IMG/VR virus record: IMGVR_UViG_3300044629_000710
Length of the DNA stretch: 64,000 nt
Origin: an uncultured virus (IMG/VR IMGVR_UViG_3300044629_000710)
Taxonomy: Duplodnaviria > Heunggongvirae > Uroviricota > Caudoviricetes
Strand: one strand, 5' to 3'
Positions 27,070-35,854 of the stretch are shown here, piece by piece (the first letter of the stretch is position 1; each line of letters starts with the position of its first letter). The notes beneath the pieces were generated by a model, which was given only the letters and a program-made list of their open reading frames with translations, was not told where the DNA came from and did not search any database. A program made the translations under genes and the position numbers.

Positions 27070-27503
27070 GTCACTCCGCTCAGGAACTTCTTCCACTCAA
27101 TGGCGTTGCGGATGACCCACTGCCGGTTGTTGATGCCCTTGAGGACCGAGTCAAGGTAGTCAACCTTCGCCTTCTGGAGGTCCATCTTGGAGGACAACTT
27201 GCTCAGGTCGGGATCAGCATCCATGTAGATGTCAATGTCCTGCCGAAGGATGCGATGGGCGAACGGCTCCCAGCCGAGAGCCTTCAGTTCCTCTTGGCTC
27301 ATCTTGCCGTTGTAGTACTCCCATTTCTGCTTCCGCAATGTCCGCCAGTCAGCCTCCAACTTGCGTAGGACGAGCGACTCGTCATGGAAGATGTTGAGGA
27401 ACTTGCCGTGCAGTTGGGGCGTACGGATGGACTCGTCCCCGAGTTCGGTGGAGTCAATCTGGGTGTACTGCTCCACCAGTTGCTTGATGGTTTCAATGTT
27501 CAT
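27066..27503 (-). CDS. uvsY: Recombination mediator UvsY
   Basis: ID..EL..ES...P.LH.K, KWEYY.GK, Y.DAD, I.NR...IRNAIEW.KF..G; start at ATG 27503 with GGTATACT just upstream. Confidence 0.92.
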   Translation of the reverse strand: MNIETIKQLVEQYTQIDSTELGDESIRTPQLHGKFLNIFHDESLVLRKLEADWRTLRKQKWEYYNGKMSQEELKALGWEPFAHRILRQDIDIYMDADPDLSKLSSKMDLQKAKVDYLDSVLKGINNRQWVIRNAIEWKKFLSGVT

Positions 27504-27552
27504 ATTGCGTCCAGTATACCACAATGTCGGCTGAATGCCACTAGATACTGGC

Positions 27553-28107
27553 ATGAAAGTGATCGGAATTGACTATTCCATGACCACCCCTGCCGTGACC
27601 ACGCTGGCAGATGGCATCGTGACCTGTCACTACCTGACTTCGGTCAAGAAGCACCAGACCGATTACCGGCTCTCTGATTCTTTCATCATTCACGGGTCGG
27701 CACAACACGACTACCACTCACAGGAGGACCGGTTTGACCGCATATCCGAGTGGGCCATCCGAATCTGCGACATTGAACCGGATATCGTCATCATTGAGGA
27801 CTATGCGATGGGGGCGAAAGGCAAGGTCTTCCACATCGCCGAGAACTGCGGCTTGCTGAAGCATAAGTTGTGGAAACGCAGGTATCAGTTCAAGGTCATC
27901 GCCCCGACCGCCCTGAAGAAGTTTGCGTGCGGGAAGGGCAACGCCGACAAGTGCATGATGCACGACGCTTTCGTGGCGACCACGGGACATGACCTCCGAA
28001 AGGTCATGGATAACGAGAGCAAGGACTGCGGCAGTCCGGTGTCGGATGTGGTGGACTCCTACTTCCTCACCATGTTCGCGAGGAACGCGGTCGCGATCAC
28101 GCGCTGA
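27553..28107 (+). CDS. RuvC-like Holliday junction resolvase/nuclease
   Basis: IGIDYS, IEDY, P..LKKFA.GKGNADK..M, D.VDSY acidic motifs; CTAGATA late-like box at 27541-27547. Confidence 0.8.
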   Translation: MKVIGIDYSMTTPAVTTLADGIVTCHYLTSVKKHQTDYRLSDSFIIHGSAQHDYHSQEDRFDRISEWAIRICDIEPDIVIIEDYAMGAKGKVFHIAENCGLLKHKLWKRRYQFKVIAPTALKKFACGKGNADKCMMHDAFVATTGHDLRKVMDNESKDCGSPVSDVVDSYFLTMFARNAVAITR

Positions 28108-28534
28108 TCTTCATCTGGTCCAAGTCGGGGAACGCTTCCTTGACGATTTTCTTGTCCAGCCCATAGGCAAACTGGAACGAGCCGTCAAAGAGGTTGCGGA
28201 TCAGGTCCGCCTCCTTGGGGTGGACGGACTCAAGGATCTGGATGAGCAAGGTGTCCTTTCGTTCCATCGGCAGGTTATAGGACTCTTTGAAGATGTAGAG
28301 ACGCTTTGACTCGGAGAACAGGTTGGTCATCGTCAACCCCTCGGGCGATGAGTCGGGCGTGTACGCGGGGAGATCCTTCCGATACCACTTTGCCTTATCA
28401 AAGAAGGCATAGGTCAGGATCTGGCGAAGGGCCATGCTTGAGTGTTCGCGAAGCAGGCGTACGATGTCCGCCTTGTCCTTGGACTTTCCCTTGACCGCTT
28501 CCAGCACTTCAGGTATTGTCATTGTCATTGGCAT
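28097..28534 (-). CDS. Conserved T4-like hypothetical protein
   Basis: L..E..RLY.F, R...L.IQ.LE..HP.EA motifs seen in T4-like phages; late promoter at 28556-28562 (-). Confidence 0.7.
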   Translation of the reverse strand: MPMTMTIPEVLEAVKGKSKDKADIVRLLREHSSMALRQILTYAFFDKAKWYRKDLPAYTPDSSPEGLTMTNLFSESKRLYIFKESYNLPMERKDTLLIQILESVHPKEADLIRNLFDGSFQFAYGLDKKIVKEAFPDLDQMKISA

Positions 28535-28583
28535 GATGAGAAATCCTCCAGTCGGTATTTAGGCGAGCCGATAGAAGATGGGC

Positions 28584-28611
28584 TTGACAAGAGCCGAACC
28601 TGTGGTATCAT
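28584..28611 (+). promoter_or_regulatory. Sigma70-like promoter TTGACA-N16-TATCAT
   Basis: Intergenic at the head of a + strand operon. Confidence 0.7.
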
Positions 28612-28668
28612 TCCAGAAATCAACCCGCAGCGTGCGGGAAGTCAACGCAGAAGCCATGCGAGAAAACA

Positions 28669-28854
28669 ATGTCAGAACAGCAGCCGCAACGCAAGAAGGT
28701 CTGGCTCGTCAATGAGCAGAAGGTCGCCACCGTCCGTAAGGTTGAACTCCACCCCAACTGGGGACGGCAGTTCCTCGTCACCACCCACAGCAACGAGTGG
28801 GGTCCGGAAACCTTCTGGGTGAAGGAGTCGGATGTCCAAGAGGATCGCCGCTGA
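28669..28854 (+). CDS. Hypothetical protein (61 aa)
   Basis: First gene after the promoter; TGATG coupling to the next gene. Confidence 0.6.
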   Translation: MSEQQPQRKKVWLVNEQKVATVRKVELHPNWGRQFLVTTHSNEWGPETFWVKESDVQEDRR

Positions 28855-29084
28855 TGCCACGCAAGCCGACCAACGCCAAGAAGAAGGTTCTGGACAAGGT
28901 CATCGCGATTGAGAAGGAAACACGACTCAAGAGGTCGCAGCCCAAGCCCGATAGGGACACACACCACTACACCATGCTCTGTTACGAGGGCAAATACGAA
29001 GCCCGATCATGGCTTGGCCTCGGATGGGCAATCTTCACCCATCGCCTGTGGCACCTCTGGAATCACGGAAGGTGGATGGATTGA
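28854..29084 (+). CDS. Hypothetical basic protein (76 aa)
   Basis: ATG overlaps the previous stop; MPRKPTNAKK..; stop overlaps the next start. Confidence 0.6.
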   Translation: MPRKPTNAKKKVLDKVIAIEKETRLKRSQPKPDRDTHHYTMLCYEGKYEARSWLGLGWAIFTHRLWHLWNHGRWMD

Positions 29085-29542
29085 ACATCTTCGCCGTTGA
29101 TTCCGACCCCGTGGTGGCGGCACAGAGTCTATGCGATGCTCATGTGGTCAAGATGATCCTTGAGTCCGCACAGATGCTCTGTGCCGCCCACCCCGCGGGG
29201 GTCGCGCCCTACAAGCCGACTCACATGAAGCACCCCTGCACCATCTGGACACGGACGAGCAGGGAGAACTACGACTGGCTCTGCCGACATGCGAAGGCAC
29301 TCTGCGAGGAGTACACCTACCGCTACGGCAAGCGTCACAAGTCGGAGGATGTCGTTGACTGGTGCATCGCGAACTCTTCGGAAATTCCGAATGGTTCGTT
29401 GACCCCGCACCCGCAGGCGATGCCCGACCAGTACAAGAGACCCCACTTCACCGATGCATATAAGGCGTATTACATCGGGGAAAAATCGCACATTGCCAAG
29501 TGGAGGCGACGGGACAGACCGGCGTGGTACGCTAAATACTAG
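29081..29542 (+). CDS. Pyrimidine dimer DNA glycosylase/endonuclease V-like protein
   Basis: (M)NIF..D.DP..AA..LCD.HVVKMILESAQML, YKPTH..HPCTIW, EY..RYGK.HKS, QAMPD.YK; TTG start. Confidence 0.85.
   Translation: MNIFAVDSDPVVAAQSLCDAHVVKMILESAQMLCAAHPAGVAPYKPTHMKHPCTIWTRTSRENYDWLCRHAKALCEEYTYRYGKRHKSEDVVDWCIANSSEIPNGSLTPHPQAMPDQYKRPHFTDAYKAYYIGEKSHIAKWRRRDRPAWYAKY
29532..29538 (+). promoter_or_regulatory. T4-type late promoter (CTAAATA)
   Basis: 10 nt upstream of the FmdB-like gene start. Confidence 0.55.
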
Positions 29543-29548
29543 ATCACC

Positions 29549-29806
29549 ATGCCTAATTATGACTACAGATGCAAACTTTGCGATCACACCTTTGAGGACT
29601 TCCTCCGGATGGCGGATCGCAAGAAGCCATGCAAGAAGCCCTGCCCAAAATGCGGCAAGACCAAATGCATTGAGCAATACATTGGCTCCGCACCCGCAGC
29701 GTGTGACCCCGTGAGGATCGGGGTTCGCAAGCCCGATTCCGGATTCAAGGAAGTGATTTCCAAGATCAAGCGGGCACACCCCAGAAACACCATGCGGGAT
29801 TATTGA
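29549..29806 (+). CDS. FmdB-like zinc-ribbon protein
   Basis: MP.YDY.C..C...FE and CPKCG; KPD.GFKEV.SKIK..HP tail typical of T4-like homologs. Confidence 0.8.
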   Translation: MPNYDYRCKLCDHTFEDFLRMADRKKPCKKPCPKCGKTKCIEQYIGSAPAACDPVRIGVRKPDSGFKEVISKIKRAHPRNTMRDY

Positions 29807-29808
29807 CC

Positions 29809-30492
29809 ATGAGTACAACCAATGATTACCTGAAACGGATTGAGATCCCCGGCATGGGGAGGTTCTACCAGTCACCGTCAAGCGGTATCTGGTTTCCCTC
29901 CGTGACCACCGTGGTCAACCACGCCGATGAGGAGAAGTGGGCCAAGTGGCGGGAGGATCCGGCAAACCGGAAGAAGTCGGAAGCCGCCATGGCTCGCGGC
30001 ACAAGGTTGCATACGCTGGTGGAGAACTACCTGCTCAAGGGCGAGATGCCCTCCGACCTTGACCGGACACACTTTGACTCAATCTTTCCCATGGTGCAGG
30101 ACATCGGGGAAATCTTCGCGATTGAGCAGGCAATGTGGTCAGACAGCCTGCGTATGGCGGGTAGGGCTGACTGCATCGCGGAGTACGAGGGCAAGGCATC
30201 CGTCATTGACTTCAAGACATCGGTCAAGCCCAAGAAGCGGGAGTGGGTTCTCAACTACTTCCAACAGGCATCCGCCTATTCATGGATGTGGGAGGAGCGA
30301 ACCGGACAGAAGGCGGAGCAGATCGTCCTGATGGTCGCCACCGACAACGGCAAGTCCCAATTGTTCGTTGAGAGCCGCGAGGACCACAAGCGGGCGTTGG
30401 GCGAGACCATCAAGGCATACTGGAAGAAGAACAAGTTCAAGGACATACAGGAGAAGGCGAATGCGATGGCTACGAAAGTTGCTGGGTCTTGA
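29809..30492 (+). CDS. PD-(D/E)XK exonuclease (solo Cas4-like phage exonuclease)
   Basis: PSVTTV, RGT.LH, E, AGRADCI, VIDFKTS, Q...Y motifs. Confidence 0.88.
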   Translation: MSTTNDYLKRIEIPGMGRFYQSPSSGIWFPSVTTVVNHADEEKWAKWREDPANRKKSEAAMARGTRLHTLVENYLLKGEMPSDLDRTHFDSIFPMVQDIGEIFAIEQAMWSDSLRMAGRADCIAEYEGKASVIDFKTSVKPKKREWVLNYFQQASAYSWMWEERTGQKAEQIVLMVATDNGKSQLFVESREDHKRALGETIKAYWKKNKFKDIQEKANAMATKVAGS

Positions 30493-30679
30493 CTCTTCCC
30501 CGATGATGCCTTCGGACGAGCAGGAGAAGATGCATTGCATCCGCTTCATGACCGAGCGAGGAGAGCAGTTGGGAATGCTGCTCACGCACTCCGAATTCCA
30601 AACGGCGGTCCAGCGGTGGGTGGAAAACATTGACACCATGCCAATTGAGGTGGTGGACCCTAACGACGAAACTGAATGA
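30461..30679 (+). CDS. Hypothetical protein (72 aa)
   Basis: ATG at 30461 after AGGAG; MRWLRKLLG..; fills the operon gap. Confidence 0.55.
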   Translation: MRWLRKLLGLDSSPMMPSDEQEKMHCIRFMTERGEQLGMLLTHSEFQTAVQRWVENIDTMPIEVVDPNDETE

Positions 30680-30691
30680 AAGGCTAAAAGA

Positions 30692-30928
30692 ATGGGAAGC
30701 ATTATCAATTTGGAAAACACATTCACCAAGGAGATTGAGGAACTCTGCAAGAACCGCAAGGACGGGCGGTATATTGATGCAGTCCTTGAGATTTGCGAGC
30801 GTCACGGCATTGAGCCGGAGTCAATCGCCAAGTTGGTGAGCAAGCCCCTCCGCGAGAAACTGCGGGTGGAGTTTGAGGAACTGAATATGATCAGGGGCGG
30901 AAAAAAACCCAAGTTGCCCCTTGACTGA
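30692..30928 (+). CDS. gp33: Late transcription coactivator (T4 gp33)
   Basis: F..EIE, YIDAVL..CE...IE.E.I.KL.SKPL.EKL..E...LN, C-terminal KLPL clamp-binding-like tail. Confidence 0.88.
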   Translation: MGSIINLENTFTKEIEELCKNRKDGRYIDAVLEICERHGIEPESIAKLVSKPLREKLRVEFEELNMIRGGKKPKLPLD

Positions 30929-30948
30929 ACCGATACATCTGGTATACT
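30921..30948 (+). promoter_or_regulatory. Sigma70-like promoter TTGACT-N16-TATACT for gp32
   Basis: Same hexamers and spacing as the gp46 promoter. Confidence 0.75.
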
Positions 30949-30996
30949 ACACAGACCACAGACACATTTCATACACCTAACACACAGGAGAACACA

Positions 30997-31938
30997 ATGT
31001 CTGGATTTTCAAGCATGAAGAAGAACTCACAGTCCGCAATTGATCGTCTCTCAAAGGAGATGACCAAACTCAACAGCAGCAAGAGTTACGAGGACGATCG
31101 GTTCTGGACGCTGCAACGGGACAAGGCTGGCAATGGATACGCAGTGATCCGTTTCCTCATGGCGGTGGAGGGAGAGGAACTCCCATGGGTCCGTCTGTTC
31201 TCGCACGGCTTTCAGGGCAAGGGTGGGTGGTTCATTGAGAACTGCCCTACTACCCTCACGGGGAAGAAGTGTCCCATCTGCGAAGCCAACAATGAGTTGT
31301 GGGGCAGCGGACTTGAGGCGAACAAGACCATCGCCCGTGACCGTAAGCGTAAGTTGACCTACATCAGCAACATCTATGTGGTCAGCGACCCGAGCAATCG
31401 CGAGAACGAGGGCAAGGTCTTCCTGTTCAAGTATGGAAAGAAGATCTTTGACAAGTTGCAGGAGGCGATGAACCCCACGACTCCCGACGAGGCCAAGTTC
31501 AACCCGTTTGACATGTGGACAGGTGCCAACTTCAAATTGAAGGCTCACATTGAGAGTGGCTATGTCTCATACGAGAAGAGCGGCTTCCAGCCACAGGAGG
31601 CTCTCCTTGCCGATGACAAGCAGCGGGAGGCGATCTGGATTGCCCAGTATCCCCTTCAGCCGTTCGTCGCTCCGGACCAGTTCAAGTCCTATGAGGAACT
31701 CAAGGCTCGGTTTGATCAGGTTCTCTACGGCGGTGCCGCAGCGGGTTCAGCCCCGCGTGCGGAGGAGGCGGAGCCGAACGACTTCCGCAGCAAGGTTCAG
31801 AAGGCGGGCGCGGCTGTCATGGAGGACGCTCCGACGAAGCCCGTGTCCAAGAAGCCCGCTGCCAAGCCCGCACCCACGGGCGATGACGAGGAGGAGGATG
31901 CCTTCTCCTACTTCAAGAAGTTGGCGGACGAGGACTGA
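30997..31938 (+). CDS. gp32: Single-stranded DNA-binding protein (T4 gp32)
   Basis: DDRFW...DKAGNGYAVIRFL, HGFQG.GGWFIENC.TT...CP.CE, FKYGKKIFDK, GANFKLK, acidic tail ending SYFKKLADED. Confidence 0.97.
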   Translation: MSGFSSMKKNSQSAIDRLSKEMTKLNSSKSYEDDRFWTLQRDKAGNGYAVIRFLMAVEGEELPWVRLFSHGFQGKGGWFIENCPTTLTGKKCPICEANNELWGSGLEANKTIARDRKRKLTYISNIYVVSDPSNRENEGKVFLFKYGKKIFDKLQEAMNPTTPDEAKFNPFDMWTGANFKLKAHIESGYVSYEKSGFQPQEALLADDKQREAIWIAQYPLQPFVAPDQFKSYEELKARFDQVLYGGAAAGSAPRAEEAEPNDFRSKVQKAGAAVMEDAPTKPVSKKPAAKPAPTGDDEEEDAFSYFKKLADED

Positions 31939-31958
31939 CCGACCATCCCAGTCAAGCG

Positions 31959-31990
31959 AAGCACCCTCCGGAAACGGGGGGTGCTTTTTT
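31959..31990 (+). terminator. Rho-independent terminator
   Basis: AAGCACCCTCCG-GAAA-CGGGGGGTGCTT followed by a T run, between convergent genes. Confidence 0.9.
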
Positions 31991-31991
31991 A

Positions 31992-34928
31992 TCACATCGC
32001 CGGTGCTTCCATGAACATCAGGGCGCGATAGGTCGGGTCGTTGTTGCGGCTGGTCTTCTGTGAGAAGAACATGGGTCCGTCTCCGCCTCCACCACCGGCG
32101 GACACCGCCGTTTTTGGTGCATTGACGATGACATTCGGCTTCATGCCTTCTTGCTGGATTCGCATCCTGTCGCTGCTGATGCTGTTGGTCTGGGAGAGGA
32201 TTTGCTGCGATGCCACGCTATCGGTTGATAGGATCATCTGGCTTGTTCTGCCGCCACCTGCCGACATGATGGTGCTGGAAATGGTGTCTCCTCCAGCAAT
32301 GATAGGAACCATTTCACCTTCAGGAGATGAAAGGACAGAAACCATTTGACCTGGTTTTGGAGCAGATACCAAAGATGGGGTCTGGGCATCAATCGCTTTT
32401 TCTATATTTGTTTCTTCCTCTTCGTCATCGTTCCCCAACCACCAACCCAAAGCACCATCAAGATATTCCTTGACGGCATCAATACCTTTCCCCATATTAT
32501 CTAGAACCGAATTTGCATAATCAATTACGGGTTTTATTCCGTTATCGTAAATCCACATCATCCACTCTTGGATTGGTTTTATTATTGTTTCAGAAATCCA
32601 CTCTATAAGTGGTTGTATCCATTCTTCGTACAGGTAAGACAACCCTTCGGTTATTGAGCCAATGATTTCCCCCACAAAATCCGTAACATAACCGAATCCC
32701 GTCGCTATGACTGCACCGATCAACTGAAATGATTTTACCAAAATTTCCACCACACCACCAATCAGTCCTGCCACCTTCTTCAGGAGTCCCAAGATGGGAG
32801 ACAGGAAGTAAGTGTTGAAGTTGTCAAATGCCTTCTTGAATCCCTCCCACATCTTGCCGAGCACGAATGAAAACACATCAACTACCTTCTTGAACACGGC
32901 ATACACAGAATCAAACTTCACCAGTCCGAATGTCAGACCCGAGATGATGTTGGCGAAGAAGCCAGCGATGAGTCCCTTCAGTCCGTCCTTCTTGAATCCC
33001 TTGAACGCACCGATGACACCATCAATCAGGCTGATGACAATCTGAAGTGGAATGAAGAATTTGCTGACCACCCCGAAACCCATTCGGAAAGCACTCACCA
33101 ACTTTCCGATGATGGGGAACATGCTGTTCAGGAATCCGCCAAGACGGCCGAATATCCCAGTCAGGGGTCCGAACAACTTCCCGAAGAAGCCACCCGCGCC
33201 GCCGAAAATCTTGCCGATCGCTCCGCCTATGGATGCGATCAAATCCCCGACCTTCGGGATCTTGCTCAGGATGCCGACTACCATCTTGAAGTAACTGACA
33301 AAGTAGGCGACGATGCCGCCCACGATGAAGGCGATTCCAATCAGCAAGAACTTGAGCCACCCTCCGCTGGTCTTCTTGAGGTCAACAAGTTTGGTGACCA
33401 CATCACCGAAGCCGGTTCCCAATACGCTTTCCAGACTGCTGACCCAGACGGGTCTGGTGTACCTCGCTTCTTGGGCATCCTCTAATGCCTTGACTTGGGA
33501 CTCTTTAACCCGATCGTAGTGCTTGAAAGTTTCCTTGCGAGTCTCCTCGTCACCCTCATACGATTTCTTGAGGGAACTGACCAGATCTTGCCTCGTTCTG
33601 CTTTGCTCATAGGAGAAATTCTGGAAGTCCTTGTCTGTGGATGCCATCTTGGTGGCCGTGGTGATGGACACGCCCTCCTTGCTCGCGATGGCTTCTATCT
33701 TCTTCCGTTTCTCTTCTTCCACCATCTCATCGTGCTTCTTGAGGGCGACCTTGGTGATCTCCTCCTCATTCTTGCTCATGATCTCAAGTCGCTTTTCGGA
33801 GAGGATTTTTTCTCTTTCCTCTTCGGTCTTGGCATTGCGGAGTTTCGCTGCACCCTCTTCACTCAATCGCCACAGGGCCATTTTGCGTGCAGCCACCTCG
33901 TCCGCAGCCGCCTTGATGGTAGCGGCATGGGTTATGCCGAGTTGCTTCAAGGCTTCAAAAGACCTCTCGGACTCACCTTCCTTTGCGATTTTTGCCTGTT
34001 CTTTGGCAAGTTCACGGGCTATTCGCTTCCGGTCTTGGAATTCCTCTTCTCTTTTTTTCCTCTCTTCCGCCGCTTTCTTGTTGGAGGATTCTCTATCCAA
34101 CTTCAAGCGAATCTCGGCAAGTTGCTTATCGGAAATGCCGGAGGACTTTTTGAGAGCATCGCTTCTGGCCTGTAGCAAATCAAGTTCTTCTTGCGTCACG
34201 GCACGAACACCAGCCAACTCCTCATTGGCCAAGTCTTCCTTGACAGCGATCATCTGCTGCTCAACGGCTTCTAGTTCTTTCATCTTCTCATTCTGTTGTG
34301 CTGTCGCCAAAGCCAAACCTCTGAGGTTTACGGCTGTGTCTTCACCATACTTGGCCGTTTTATCCATGGCTTCGGTCATCACAAGAGAGGCAATCTCAAA
34401 CCTCTCTCCGTAGTAATCGTCAAATGTATCACCAGCATCGGTCACCGACTTGTGGAGTTTTTTGAATTCCTTCTCAGAGGAACTCAACTCACCTTCAAGT
34501 TTTTCCATGGCGGAACCGGCTTGTTTGAGATCCGATTCCGTTCTCTTGACCCTCTCGTCAAGTTTTTTCATCGCCGCCGCATGGGCGAGGATATCGTCTT
34601 GAGACAATCCGGCATCGCCAGCCTTTTTCAACTGGTCGGCATACCAAGCCTCTGCTCTGGCCTTCTTTTGTATTGATGCGGAGTGGGCTTTTTCTGCGGC
34701 AGTCCTCTCGGTTTGACTCTTCCTGAAATCTTCAAACAACTTTTCATAGCCGTTGGCTATCTTGGTCATTTGATCAATCGCTTTGGGAACGCTGAAAACT
34801 TCAGGAGCGGGAATTGAAGCAGGCGGTGTCACAGCAACATCCCGTGCCTTCGCACCGGCATCATTGCCTTGTGGAACGCCCGACGGGTTTGAACCAGATC
34901 CGACCGGATTGTTGGTGCTCTCTGCCAT
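31992..34928 (-). CDS. Tape measure / tail length determinator (gp29-like)
   Basis: 978 aa; long charged coiled-coil N-half, hydrophobic Gly/Phe-rich amphipathic repeats, periodic Trp; follows gp26/gp51. Confidence 0.75.
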   Translation of the reverse strand: MAESTNNPVGSGSNPSGVPQGNDAGAKARDVAVTPPASIPAPEVFSVPKAIDQMTKIANGYEKLFEDFRKSQTERTAAEKAHSASIQKKARAEAWYADQLKKAGDAGLSQDDILAHAAAMKKLDERVKRTESDLKQAGSAMEKLEGELSSSEKEFKKLHKSVTDAGDTFDDYYGERFEIASLVMTEAMDKTAKYGEDTAVNLRGLALATAQQNEKMKELEAVEQQMIAVKEDLANEELAGVRAVTQEELDLLQARSDALKKSSGISDKQLAEIRLKLDRESSNKKAAEERKKREEEFQDRKRIARELAKEQAKIAKEGESERSFEALKQLGITHAATIKAAADEVAARKMALWRLSEEGAAKLRNAKTEEEREKILSEKRLEIMSKNEEEITKVALKKHDEMVEEEKRKKIEAIASKEGVSITTATKMASTDKDFQNFSYEQSRTRQDLVSSLKKSYEGDEETRKETFKHYDRVKESQVKALEDAQEARYTRPVWVSSLESVLGTGFGDVVTKLVDLKKTSGGWLKFLLIGIAFIVGGIVAYFVSYFKMVVGILSKIPKVGDLIASIGGAIGKIFGGAGGFFGKLFGPLTGIFGRLGGFLNSMFPIIGKLVSAFRMGFGVVSKFFIPLQIVISLIDGVIGAFKGFKKDGLKGLIAGFFANIISGLTFGLVKFDSVYAVFKKVVDVFSFVLGKMWEGFKKAFDNFNTYFLSPILGLLKKVAGLIGGVVEILVKSFQLIGAVIATGFGYVTDFVGEIIGSITEGLSYLYEEWIQPLIEWISETIIKPIQEWMMWIYDNGIKPVIDYANSVLDNMGKGIDAVKEYLDGALGWWLGNDDEEEETNIEKAIDAQTPSLVSAPKPGQMVSVLSSPEGEMVPIIAGGDTISSTIMSAGGGRTSQMILSTDSVASQQILSQTNSISSDRMRIQQEGMKPNVIVNAPKTAVSAGGGGGDGPMFFSQKTSRNNDPTYRALMFMEAPAM

Positions 34929-34937
34929 GATTGCTTC

Positions 34938-35108
34938 TTATCTCCTCATGCTCATCTCTTGCTTCTGCTGCTCCATCCGTTCCTTCTCCTCCTTCAGGTG
35001 CTCCATGAGCAGGTCAATGTAGATCCTCCTTTCCCACGGCATCATGCTTTCCAGATCAACCAGCGTGTACTGGAAGTTCTGCATCATGGCGAAGTTCACG
35101 GACAGCAT
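34938..35108 (-). CDS. gp51: gp51-like baseplate hub assembly protein (56 aa from ATG; frame open back through the gp26 stop region); not in ORF track
   Basis: NFAMMQ..QY.L.DLESMMPWER.IYI.LL..HL.EE matches the small gp51-like proteins of T4-like cyanophages. Confidence 0.85.
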   Translation of the reverse strand: MLSVNFAMMQNFQYTLVDLESMMPWERRIYIDLLMEHLKEEKERMEQQKQEMSMRR

Positions 35109-35137
35109 GTTGATGAGGCTGTCGTGGGAGGAGGCTA

Positions 35138-35842
35138 TCAGAAAAAAGAGGCGATCCCCCTCATGGTGATGTTGTTCTCATGACCACAACTGCACTTGAA
35201 GGACACCTTCTTCTCAATCTTGGGCATCGTCTCAAAGAAGGACGAGAGTTTCGTGAACTGCTCCTGCGTCAACTGATCCAAGAAGTCGTTGACTTCCTTT
35301 TCCCCGATCTCGTCGGCGACATACACGGTGTCGCCTACGAACACCTTGTCTATGCACTTGCCGAGCAGGAGGAAGGTCTTGATGATGTCGTTGTCTCCCT
35401 CCGGAAGGCTTGCCGCAGACTTCAGGGTCGGGTATCTCATCTGGACCTTGATGTTGCCGACCAGATCCACGGTCAGGGTGTGGGCTGGGTTCTTGGCCGG
35501 TTGGATTTCCTTGAGGTTGATCGTGACCTCGTTGCCCTTCTCGCACTTCTCGCACTTGACCATCGGCTTGGTTGTCTCGCCGACGGACCGGCTACGCAGT
35601 TGCAGGAAGAGGTACTCCATGTCAACAAGCGGGACGGCGTTGACATCCACCTTCCCGCCCGTGCACGCGAGGATGACATCCCTCACGGCATTGTTGATGG
35701 TTGCCTCGTCACGGGTCTCCGCCGCCATAAGGAGGATCTTCTCCTCCTTGACGATGAATGGGCGGTATTCAACTCGCATGCCGGAGGCGGGAAGGATTGC
35801 CTCATGCTTTGGAAGGGATGCGATCGCATTGCTAAGTGACAT
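35138..35842 (-). CDS. gp26: Baseplate hub assembly protein (T4 gp26-like)
   Basis: LP.SG..V.YRPF.VKEEKILLMA, D.EYLFLQLR.RSVGE, C..C, MRYP, FFETMPK, ends G..SFF. Confidence 0.92.
   Translation of the reverse strand: MSLSNAIASLPKHEAILPASGMRVEYRPFIVKEEKILLMAAETRDEATINNAVRDVILACTGGKVDVNAVPLVDMEYLFLQLRSRSVGETTKPMVKCEKCEKGNEVTINLKEIQPAKNPAHTLTVDLVGNIKVQMRYPTLKSAASLPEGDNDIIKTFLLLGKCIDKVFVGDTVYVADEIGEKEVNDFLDQLTQEQFTKLSSFFETMPKIEKKVSFKCSCGHENNITMRGIASFF
35141..35147 (-). other. Putative -1 ribosomal frameshift site T TTT TTC
   Basis: In-phase X XXY YYZ heptamer right before the gp26 stop; the -1 frame is open into the gp51-like ORF. Confidence 0.65.
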
Positions 35843-35854
35843 GATGATCTCCTA

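Noticed and set aside
29809..30492. Cas4-like nuclease as part of a CRISPR-Cas system
   Set aside because: No array or other cas genes; solo PD-(D/E)XK exonucleases are routine in T4-like phages.
30901..30907. A AAA AAA slippery-like run near the end of gp33
   Set aside because: The -1 frame stops within about six codons; no downstream ORF to join.
17850..31938. Introns, inteins or homing endonucleases in nrdJ, uvsW, gp46, gp47 or gp32
   Set aside because: All are contiguous and of ordinary length; no splicing, LAGLIDADG, HNH or GIY-YIG motifs seen.
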